A DNA stretch of 64,000 nt from Chrysemys picta bellii (Eukaryota), in the NCBI RefSeq assembly GCF_011386835.1, contig NC_088810.1:11966001-12030000 (forward strand). Direction: 5' to 3'. The notes under the pieces were generated by a model, which was given only the letters and a program-made list of their open reading frames with translations, did not search any database and had not been told where the DNA came from. Numbering within the stretch: position 1 is the first letter of the stretch; the number at the start of each line of letters is the position of its first letter. The position numbers and the translations under genes are program-made. Below are positions 45,501 to 56,900 of this stretch, one piece after another.

Positions 45501-47693
45501 TGGGTCCGGTTCTGGGCCCTGTGCAACAGGAGTGAAGCGGCCGCTGGCAAAGCCCCAAGGAAAGCAACAAGAAGGAAAGGTCTGGGCGCCTGGGCAAGGA
45601 GGAGAGACTGAAACCTGGGGCTGGGAGGCTGGAGCTGAGACACCGGCTCTGGCATGTTGTGCAGAGGGGCAGCCAGGCCTCTCGGCAGGACAAGGTGCAA
45701 AGGGTGGCGGTGCCACGAGGCCGGCTTAGGTTGCACATTGCATGCAGGGAGTTTGGCAGGTGCCATGGGGCGGGCAGGGGGCTTCTCAAAGCAGGTCAGA
45801 CAAATCCCAGTCTGGGCTGGATGCCCTCTCCAGGTCCCTTCTAGCCCCACATTGCTATGGGTCTATGGTCCCTCCATCTGCCCCCCTCCACACATCTGCT
45901 ATCCTCCCACCAATCTACACTGCCCCACATGCACCCTCCACCCATCCCCATCCATCTTTCCCACACCCACTCCTCCCTCCATCTGCCCCCCACATGCACC
46001 CTCCACCCCCCCATTCTTCCCCACACCCACCCCTTCCCTTGCCCACACACATCCTCTACCCCTCCATCCATCCGTCCTTCCCCACACCCAGCCCTCCATC
46101 CGCCCGTCTCTCCATCCATGCCCACATGAAGCCATCTGTCCATCTGCATGTATACTTGTACACTCCCCCATTGGCCCTGCTCCCAGATGCTGGCCAGAGC
46201 CACTCTGGCTCCTGACACAGCTTCTTGCCTCCCTGGGCCACATGGAGCCCCACTCCCTGGGACCGGGGTTTCCCTCTGCCCCACGTCTGTGCAGCTGGCA
46301 CCTGTGTGTGTGCGTGTGAATACTGCCCCCCCCCCCCCGCAGGGGATGAGCCCAGCTCTGTGTGTGCTGTCCCCTGCTGGAGGGGCTGAGTCGCCCTCCC
46401 TATGTGTGTCAGTCACTCACTGACCCCCCAGCCCCTCTCCAACTCCTGCATGGGGGTCCTTTCTCCCCCAGCCTCCTGGGAAAGCCCCAGCCCATCTGCA
46501 TTCCCAGTGGGTGGGGAGGGAAATCCCTTGTCCCCGCCCCACTTCCCAACACAGCCTTTTTTTTGCTCCCTCCTTTCCCACCCTCCCCACTTGCACTTCC
46601 CCCTCGGCTTGTCTCTTCCTTCTGCATTTCCCTCCCTGCCCTCCACCCAGCCTTTGTGCCCTCTGCCGCCAAGATCACCAGTAGGGAAACCGTGAATGTC
46701 AGGGACACTGGACTTTGGAGATCATGGAGGGGCAGGCCAGCTTCCCCTCCCCACTCTCAGCTGACCCAGGCAGTGTTGCAGGGTTGGTCACACGCAGGCA
46801 GCCCCCCCTTCTCCCAGCAACAGGCACAGACTCTCAGCAGACCCAGGCAGCCTCTATCCTAACCACTAAGGCCAGAAGCTTTAGCAGCCCATGAAAGCTG
46901 AAGCTCTGTGGGACGTGATGGCACCAGTACAGCCACAGACCATGTTGGAGGTGACGGAGCCAGCTCCCAACTGAGAATCTGACAACCAGCTGGCTTGGGG
47001 GGCGGGGACTGGGCATGGGACCTTTACCCTCCAGGGGGCACCAGCTTCGATCCAGCCCCAGCCTGTGCTAGGGGATGTTGCTCTCAGACCCCCGAGCCTT
47101 GCTCCATCTCTAAGCTTGGCACGGAGGGGCGCTGTGCACATGACAGTGGGACAGACCCAGCTGGGCCCACGGACATACCTGGCAGAGCCCCACAGTGCTA
47201 CCACCCCAGCCCTGCTCTCTGAAACCCGCTGCCCTGCTTGGCGAGTCTCAGTCCAGCTGGGGCTGCCCTGGCGGTGATCTCGCAGCCTCGGGCTGGGCAG
47301 GGAGGCGGGTAGGAAACCTCCGGAACAGCCGGGGGGCTGCAGGGAGCAGGGTGGGGGATTAGCAGGGGGCACGCTCCCCATGCAGTGAAGGCTGGCCCCA
47401 GTGTGGCGTCCCTGGGCGTCTCCTCCTCAGCTGCCCCATCCCAGAGGTGGCTGCATCTCATCTGTGGGCGAGCCATCCCTGTGTGGAATTATTTGTCACT
47501 GTTCCCTGGCTGCCCTGCCCCAGAGGTGGCTGCATCTCAGTGCCAGGCGAGCCACCAATGTAGGCAGTGGTGCTGGACTATTGATAAAGAGGACAGTTGT
47601 GGCTAGTGCCAAAGGCAAGGGGGGATGTTCATGATGGGGGCAGAGTAGCCTCGTGCATTGGGCACAGGTGAGTGTGCCCAGGAGGATGTAGGT

Positions 47694-48406
47694 CAGGGGT
47701 GGGCAAACTATAGCCTGTGGGCCAGATCCGGCCTGCCAGCCGTTTTAATCTGGCCCTCGAGTTCCCCCGCTCCAGTGCTCCAGCCAGGGAGCAGGGTCGG
47801 GGGCCACTCCACATGACTCCTGGAAACAGCGGCATGGCCCCCCTCTGGCTCCTATGCATAGAGGCAGTCAGGGGGCTCTGCTCTGCACGCTGCCCCCGCC
47901 CCAAGTGCTGCACCTGCAGCTCGCATTGGCCAGGAACTGCCGCCAATGGAAGCTGCAGGGGCGGTGCCTGCAGACAGGACAGCGTGCAGAGCCGCCTGGC
48001 TGCGCCTCTGCCACTGCGTCTGGGAGCCGCTTGAGGTAAACGACACCCAGAGCCTGCACCCCTGAGCCTCCCCGCGTGCCCCAACCCCCTGCCCCAGCCC
48101 TGATCCCCCTCCTGCCCTCCAAACCCCTCGGTCCCAGCCCAGAGCCCCCTCCAACACCTCAAACTGCTCATCCCCAGCCCCACCCCAGAGCCTGCACCCC
48201 CAGCTGGAGCCCTTACTCCCCTCCACACCCCTCCACCCCAGTCCAGAGCCCCCTTCTGCACTCTGAACTCATTTCTGGCTCATACCCCCAACCAGGGCCC
48301 TCACCCCCTCCTGCACACCAACTCCAATTTTGTCAGCATTCATGGCCTGCCATACAATTTCTATTCCCAGATGTGGCCCTCGGGACAAAAAGTTTGCCCA
48401 CCCCTG
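47694..48406. mobile_element. hAT-type MITE
   Basis: 15-bp TIR CAGGGGTGGGCAAAC/GTTTGCCCACCCCTG and a perfect 8-bp TSD ATGTAGGT (47686-47693, 48407-48414). Confidence 0.9.
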
Positions 48407-49974
48407 ATGTAGGTGCACAGGGCCGGGCCAGCATGTGTGGCAGGGAGGCGCTGACGTGAGACTTGTGAGCAAGTGTGCACAAGGGGATCTCAGTGCCATG
48501 AGCACAGCCATGCCAGCCTGCACCCAGCTCACCCTTAGCTCAGAATTCAGCCCACAGATTTAGTGCCGACGGGATCTGGCGACCCCCAGCCGCTTCCTGC
48601 TGCGGTTCCCAAATGCGGGCAGGAAGCAGAAGCAGCATCTGCAGGAGCGAGATCTGATCCAGACAGCTTAGACCTCTGGGGATGCTTGCCCAGCACTGAT
48701 GTGCAGTCACCTCAGGGGCAGCTGGGCAACAGCCGCACATAACACTGCACAGGGACGGCTTGCCCAGCACTGAGATGCAGCCACCTTGGGTGGGGCAGCT
48801 GGGGAACACCCGCATGTAAGGCCGCAAAGGGACCTCTCATTAGTGTCCCTGTGTGGCAGGGACCCTGGTCACAGCTGGACCCTATCATTGACCCCCTCCC
48901 TGCCTCAGGATCTCCAGCCCCCCAGCATGCTGCGCCGATTCTCCTTGGTGGACAACAGCCAGCAGAAGTGGAAGCCCCGTCTGCGCTCACTCTCCACGGT
49001 AGGGAGCAGAAAGGGAACTTGGCATCCCCCCGACCCACCATGGGGCAGTGTCTGGGGGGGCACGAGTGCTGGGGGGCAGGGCAGGGATTCCTGGAGGGGT
49101 CTGGGAGATGCACCACAATGCTGCTCCCTGATCTCTCTCCAAAGCACAGCCCCCCAACTTCTCTGCCCTGACACAGATATGCAGCCCCTCTCCTGAGGAG
49201 TCCCCCCAGATTGGTACCCCTGAATCCAGACAGTCCCCCCAACACACACAGAGCAGGCCCATCCCCCCCAGCAGGGGGCAGCAGGGACTCCCACACTGAC
49301 TCGCACAGGTCCCCTTCCCCACACAGCCCCCCCAATCCCTCCTGACCCTCAATCCTTTCCCATCCCCCCACCTGTTACAGACTTCATGCCACCCCATCAC
49401 TTGCAGCCACAGCCCTGCGTGGAATACCCTGACCACCCCATAGCCTCCCTCCCTCTCCCCCCACCTTCACCCTGATTAGTGTCCCCCCACAGCCCCCTAC
49501 ACCCCCCACCCTCACACTCCCCTTGCAGCTCCCAACCCCCTCATTGGTGTAATCCCCTCCCCACACCAAATACCCCCGGCACTGACACCCCCCACATCCT
49601 AACTCGTCCTGTTCCTCGCACTGGGCAGATAGTGGGCTGGGGGGGCTCAGGTGAGGAGGAGGAGCTGAGGGGGTCAGTCTGTGGAGAGTTGGGGCTGGGA
49701 GTCAGTCTGTGGGGGGGTTGGGGGTCAATCTGTGAGGCACTGGGGCTGGGGGGTCAATCATGTGGAGCACTGGGGGTCAGTCTGTGGGGGAAGGGGCTGA
49801 GGTCAGTCTGTGGGGGGAGGCTGGGAGGGGTTTGTGCTGTATCCTGTGCTGAGTGACATAGGAGCATCCCCCCCCCCCCATTACCAGCCCTGACACTGCC
49901 ACCAAGGGCCTGGGTCTTGGGGCAGAGCTGGGAGCCAGTCCTGGCTCCGGCAGAGGAGTGGTTGGGGGTGGGGT

Positions 49975-50212
49975 GGGGACTGGGACTCCTGGGTTCTCTC
50001 CCTGGCTCGGGGCGGGGAGTGGGGCCTGGTGGTTAGAGGGGGTCTGGGACTCCTGGGTTCTCTCCCTGGCTCTGGGAGGGGAGTGGGGTCTGGTGGCTAG
50101 AGTGGGGGTTGGGAGCTAGGACTCCTGGGTTCTCTCCCTGCCTTGGGGAGGGGAATGGGGCCTGGTGGTTAGAGCGGGGGTTGGGAGCTGGGACTCCTGG
50201 GTTCTCTCCCTG
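49975..50212. repeat. Tandem copies of the about 65-bp GGACTCCTGGGTTCTCTCCC..GGGAGTGGGG family
   Basis: About 4 direct copies. Confidence 0.7.
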
Positions 50213-50931
50213 GCGGGGGTGTCCGTGCGGCCGGGCTAACAGAAGCCCCTTTGTGCGGGTTGCCCAGCTGCTGGCGCCCGGCCCATTGTGCCTCTGCCCC
50301 TTTGCATCTCAATGGGAACGTACCAGCGGGCGCGGGGGGGCCTCTGCCCTCCCAGCCCCCCACCCCCGGGGGCGCTCCCTGGGACCCCTCCCGGTGGGGC
50401 TGGACGTGGGGGGCACCCCTGGATCCTGTCCCCGGCCCTGCTCTCCCAGGGGCTTTCCCGTTCTCTCCTTCCCCGCGCGGGGGGGGGGGGGGGGGCTGAG
50501 AGAGCGAGCGCCCCTGCTCCCCCGTCTGTCTGTCTCCGTCCGCCTCCCCCTCCACGCCCCTCCCCTCCGTCCATCGTCTGCTTGGCTCCTTCCCTCCCTC
50601 CTTCCGCTCCCCCGGTTCGTTCCCGGCTCGGAGCCCGGCTAGGCTCTGTTCTGGGCATAGGCGCTGACCTTGCGCCCGCCCGTCCCTCTGTCCGTCCGTA
50701 CCCCTCCTCCCCGTGTGTGTCTCCCCTCCCCGTCTGCCGCCTTCCCGCTCTCTCCAGCTCCTTCACCCTCACGCCCCATTGTGCCGCTCTCGACCCATGG
50801 CCATTGGGAGCTGACCGCCCCCACCCACGCTCCCTCCCGGGGGGGGTCCTGCCCCCCTAGATGCCGCCCCCCTCCGCATGGCTCCGGCCCCCACCCCCGG
50901 CTTCTCCTAGTGGACCGGAGACACAATGGTG
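50212..50931 (+). promoter_or_regulatory. ARHGAP33 proximal CpG island and first exon
   Basis: CpG-rich stretch ending in ACACAATGGTG|GTAAGT. Confidence 0.65.
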
Positions 50932-53900
50932 GTAAGTGGGGGGTTTATTGTCTGGGCTGACGGGGAGGGGTCCCCATTGGATTGTGCCCCCATGTTTGTT
51001 TAACTCTCTACCCACCCCAAAATGCTGCCCCCGGCGCCAACGCTCCCCTCACATGCACCTGTTCCTTAGCCCCACCCACATCCCAAACCCCATATATATA
51101 TTTAGGGTCTCCTCACCTGCACCCCTAATCCCCCTTCGGGGCGTCTCTGAGATTGGGGGATCTATTCCCCATACCCCACAATGCCGCCTCGGGGCATCTC
51201 TCAGATGGGGGTTTATGGAGTTTTAGTGGTGTCTTTCCCCCCCCCATAAACCTCCCTGACCATAAAGATTTGTGGGGGATCCCCACCCCCACAGTGCACA
51301 CCTCTCTCACTTTCGTGTTTGTGGGGGGGGAGAGATTTTGCAGGAAATCCCAAATTCCAAAATCCCCACACCCCCAAAATTCTCTTTTTGGGGGCCAAGG
51401 GAATCACCCCATAAATGCTCTGAGATTTGCAGTCCCACTCCCACGCTGTAGGTATTTTGGGGTGCCTGGTTTCCCTCATCAGTTTTTATTTGGGAGGGCT
51501 ATAATTTTTCCAGCTGTCTTGCTCTGTATTTTGGGGTCTTGTCCCCTTTCTGCCTGAAATCACCTGGCACCCAATCTTAGCCCTCCATGAGGGGTTGTGC
51601 TCTCCACTTTTGCAGAGGAAATGGGGGGGGGTCTCTGTTAATCCAGTGGGGGGATATTCAGCCCCCTAACCCCGAATGATGCAGCTAGGTGGGGGAAATG
51701 GGGACACACACCAGAGTTGTGGGGGGAGAGAGCCCCAAACTATTGGGGTGGGTTATAAGGGGGCCAGATAGGCTGGGGGTGGGTTATGGGGAAGCAGCTC
51801 GCCGAGGGGCAGGGATTGGAGGTGCAGCTAGGTAGGGGGTGGGAGATAAGGGGGGCAGCTGGGCTGGGGGGGAGTGATCTGGGGGGCAGCCGGGCTGGGG
51901 AAGAGGGAACTGGGGTTTGGGGGGGCATCGTGTGCTTTTCCTGGGTCCCCGTGGGAGGAACTGGGCCATTGCAAGGAGCTGTTATGTAACCCCCACCACG
52001 TGTCTTAATCCCCCCCAACGTGGAGGTGGCAGGAGTGCAGGGTGTGTGTGTGTGTGTGTGTGTGCCTCCTACGCAATCCCTTGTGGGAGGAAGGGAGGCA
52101 GTTGGGGAGCAGGGATATGGCCAGGTGTTTCTGGGGGTCGGTTCCTTGGCAGGGGGATGGGATGGGAAGGAGCATGGGGGGGGTTACCCTCCGTGTCTGT
52201 CTCACCCTTTGTCTTCTTTCTCCCTCCCCCAGATCTGGTCTGTTGGGCTCTGCCCTCCCCCCCCAAGCCCAGGCACCCCCTTCCCCACATGGCATTCCCC
52301 ACTCCCCCCCCCCATCCCACTCAGAGAGATGGGCCAGGCCAGAGTTCTGGGTTCTGGGCCTGACCTGGTTCTGAGGCCCTCCCCGATCAATAACCGGAGC
52401 CTCCATGCAACTGACAGAGAGGAGGTGGGCTCCGATCCAGCCCCAGGGCAGGGAACGGGGCACGGGGTCTTTCCCCTCTAGGGGGACACCAGCTCTGATG
52501 CAGCCCCAGGTTGGGTTGGATTTTGGGGTGCCATTTGGGGTTCCATATGCATTTGGGGCTGTCAGGTGCGGTGACTTCTACCCCTCGTGAGCTACCTCCG
52601 CCCGTGCCTGTACTCTTCCCTCGCCACCCCTCAACAAGGTCCTGCTCCCAAATCTGTCTGGTGGGGATAGGAGGGGAGATGTCCCTTTCCCAGCAATCCC
52701 CCAACCTCTCTGGGCAGTGTCAGGGATTTGGGGGTGATGGGAGCCTGTCTCAAAGGATAAAACGGGGAGCTGCAGGAAGAGGTGCGGGTCATGGCAAAGA
52801 ATATCTAAGCAGGCAGCTCGGGTGTGAATTATTGACGGGAAACCGGATCCATGGAGATTGTTGCGCCGTGGGCTGCTAAAGCCAAAGGGGATGGGATTAC
52901 ATGGTGCAGGGGGGAGAACTGGGACAGTTGTCATATAGCAGGGATGCAGCCACCTCTGGGGTGGGGCAGCATCTCAGTGCTGGGTGAGCTGTCCCCATGC
53001 AGCATTATGTGCGGCTGTTCCCCAGCTGCCCCAACCCAGAGCTAGCTGCATCTCCGCACCGGACAAGTCATCCCCATGTGGTGTTATGTGCAGCTGTTCC
53101 CCAGCTGCCCTGCCCCAGAGCTGGCTGCATCTCTGCACCAGACAATCTGTCCCCGTGCAGTGTTATGTGCAGCTGCTCCCCAGCTTTCTCCCCCCCTGTG
53201 GTGGCTGCAACTCGGCTTTGGGCTCCTTTTGGGGGATGGTAAATTGGTGCTGAGGTCTGTTTGATTTGCCCTTGCAGGCCCGCAGCACGGACAGTCTGGA
53301 CAGGACGGGGGATGGGCCGCTCCGCCCTCTGGGGAACACAGCCGCCAGTGTCAAGGGGAAAGCCCCCAAGAGGTAAGCAAGGGGAGCCCTGTTCCGGGAG
53401 AGGCGTTCCTAGTGGTGAGTGTGGCATGATGCGTGCCTGGCCCGTCCATGCAATTGGGGAGCAAGTGGGTTCTCTGCTGGGGTCCCCGTGAGCTGGATGG
53501 TCGCTGATGGGAGGGCAGGGCTCAGATCTCAGGCTCCCCTCTCGGGGGCACGTGTCCCATGGGAGTCCAGCTAGAGAAACAGACAATTAAAGGAACAATA
53601 GAAATGACAGCATCCTCTAATACCTGGGCTGAGATATAGCTCCAGGGGAAGGATGGGGCTATGTCTGGGTGCCAGGGGGTCCGAGGGGCTCAGGTATAGC
53701 GAGGGGCCGTGTCCGTGTCTGGGTGCTGGAAGGCTTGGGGGTCTGGGATATGGCGGGAGGGAGGGTATGTCTCGATGCTAGGGGTCCTAGGGCTGGGATA
53801 TAGCCTGTGGGGAGGATGGGCTGTGTCTGGGTGCGAGGGAGTCCAGGGTGTTGGGGTATAACAAGGGGACGGGGATGTCTTGGTGCCATTAAAGCTGGGA

Positions 53901-56900
53901 TATTGGGCGGGGGAGGCGTGTCTAGGTGCTGGGGGTCCCAGGGCTGGGATATAGAGGGGTGTGTGTCTAGGTGCTGGGGGTCTCAGGGCTGGGATATAGA
54001 GGGGCGTGTGTCTAGGTGCTGGGGGGGTCCCAGGGCTGGGATATAGAAGGAGGCAGGGGAGACACTGGGCTCTGTCTTGCTGTTGGGTAGATGGCTGTTA
54101 CCTGATTAGGGTGCTTGGGGTATTCTGGGGGTGCTGTATGCTGGGTGGTTGGAGTTTGGGATATAGCAACAGAATAGTGTTTTGTCTGCGGTCGGGGTCC
54201 CCGGTTGGGGAACTGCAGAGGGGGGATGGGTTCTGTGGGGGGTTGGAGGTCCCTGGTTGTCTATAGCAGAGGGTTGGGGTACCCAGTGCTGTGTGAGTAT
54301 CAGGGTGTTAGGTTACTCTGTGCTACCTGGCTTACCATGTGGGGTTGGGTACCTCATGGTGAGTAGGATACCATGGGGTGTTGGTACCCCATGTTATCTG
54401 GGTATAGCGGTGTTGGGGTACCCTGCGGGTGGGTACCTTGTGCTGTCTGGGGTACAGCAGTGTTGGGGACACCGTGCTGTGTGTGGTATCATGGGGGGTG
54501 GGTACCCCATGCTGTGTGGAGTACCATAGGGTGGGTACCCCATGCTGTGTGCTATACCATGGGGGTAGGTACCCCGTGCTGTCTGGAGTACAGCAGTGCT
54601 TGGGTATCCCGTGCTGTGTGGGGTACCATGGGGGTGGGTACCTGATGCTCTGTGGGGTACAGCAGTATTGGGGTATCACGTGCTGTGTAGGGTACCATGG
54701 GGGTGGGTACCTGGTGCTGTGTGGGGTACAGCAGTATTGGGGTATCCCATGCTGTGTGGGGTACCATGGGATGGGTACCCGGTGCTGTGTGGGGTACAGC
54801 AGTATTGGGGTATCCCATGCTGTGTGGGGTACCATGGGGGTGGGTACCCGGTGCTGTGTGGGGTACAGCAGTGTTGGAGTATCCTGTGCTGTGTCGGGTA
54901 CCATCGAAGTACAAACATAAGAATGGCCAGGCTGGGGCAGCCCAGTGTCCGGTGCCTGGCAGGGGCCTGGGCCAGGGGAACAGAGCAGGGCCAGGAGCAT
55001 CCAGCCCCTGGCTGCCAGTCAGCGGCTCAGGGACAGCGTGTGCCTGGCCCCTCCTCCAAGAACTTAGCTCGTTCTTTGAACCCTGTTACACTTTTGGCCC
55101 CCACCACATCCTCTGGCGGTGAGTTCCCCAGGCTGGCTGTGCGCTGAGTCCATCCTTCTGTTTGTCCGAAACCTGCTGTCTGGTAATTTCCCTGGATGCC
55201 CTTGGCCCGTGTTAGGTGAAGGGGTAAATAACACCCCCAGTCACTCCCTCCACCCCAGCCAGGCTTTTAGAGCCCTCTGGCCTACCCCCTCAATCCCTCT
55301 TTTCCAAGCTGAACAGTCCCAGGCCTTTGACTCTCTCTTTGTCCCCTGTTCCCTTTCCTGCACCTCGCCCAGGTCTCTGCTCAGTGCTGGGTCTGGGTCT
55401 GCAGGCAGGCAGTGTCCCCGGGGTAGTGTCTCCAGGCGGTGTCTGTCATGGAGTCACCGGGCGATGCTCTGGAACTACTCCCTATGAAGCCAGTCAGGAC
55501 TCTGGGGGAGTCTCCTCTCTCTGAGCAGACTGTCTCCAGGGCAAGAAGCTTCGACCTTCTCGGAGCATTCAGCATCCCCTTCCTCCCCGTGCGCTTCCCG
55601 CAGTGAGTCCGCCTGGGCGGGACTCCTGGGGAAGCCAGCGGGCCCTGCACCCCACCTCTTGCAGTCAGCAGGGACTCGCAGCCAGCCAGTAAAACAGGTT
55701 TATTATTCGCGTAGAACAGAACTTGTTAGCACAGAAATCAGTGACTTTCAGCCAAATCCATTTTGGGAGTCTTGGGCCAGATGCCCTGGATTCCCCCTCT
55801 TTCAGCCCCCCAAGTACACTCCCAGCTTCCACGACCCGACCTCAGACACCCCCGTTGCTCCTCCTTGTCTTTGTCTCGCTTCCGGGCCAAAGAGTCACCT
55901 GGTTGCATCCCCCTCCTGGTCTCAGGTTAGGAAGGGCACCGGTCATAGAAGGCAGCTGGAGCAGCTTCACCTGCCCAGAGGTTCTCAGCTAAAGTCATAC
56001 ACCCCTATTCCCACCACCGAGGTATTGGTGCAGCACACAAGGAAACTGAGGCACACACAGTATTCATGCAAAACAGTAAAACTCACATTGGCTCACATAG
56101 AACATAACAAGGGAAAATTCCCACTTGGAGGCGATGTCCCCGGGCGGTGTCCGGGCCAGGTGCACCCGGGGTTCATATAGCGCCGGCGTTACAAGATTTT
56201 CTCTCAGATGATCTGTCCCTGTCCCAAGGGCTCGTGGTGCTGAGGCGTTTTCGCCTGCCGCTGCGCGGTGCGGGGATGTAGCAGAGAATGGCCCATGCGG
56301 ATGCCTGGCTCTTGCTCAATCAAATGGGATTATTTAGAGTTGGATACCACAGCATGTTGGGGTAATCTGTGCTTTGAGGGGTACCATGAGGGGCTGGGGG
56401 TACCCAGTGCTGTGTGGGGTACAGCAGGGGTGGGGTACAGTGGGTTGCTGAGTGAGGCACACTGGGGTACAGTGGGGACAGTGGGGGTGGAGTGTTGTGT
56501 GGGGTACAGCAGAGGTGGGATGCAATGGGATGCAGTATGGGGTGCAGCGGGTTGGGAAACAGTGGGGTGCTGTGTGGGGTACAGTGGGGACAGCGGGGGT
56601 GGGGTACAGTGGGGTGCTGTGTGAGGCACACTGGGGTACAGTGGGGACAGCGGGGTGGGGTGCTGTGTGGGGTATAGTGGGGATGGGGTACAGTGGGGTG
56701 CTGTGGGGTGCAGCGGGGGTGGTGTGCTGTGTGGGGCACAGCAGGGGTGGGATACAGTGGGGTGCTCTCTGGGACACAGTGGGGGACAGTGGGGACAGCA
56801 GAGGTGTGGTGCTTTGTGGGATACAGCAGGGGTGGGGTGCTGTGTGGGGTACTGTGGGGGGCACACTGGGGGCCAGTGGGGTGAGTTACAGTGGGGTGTT

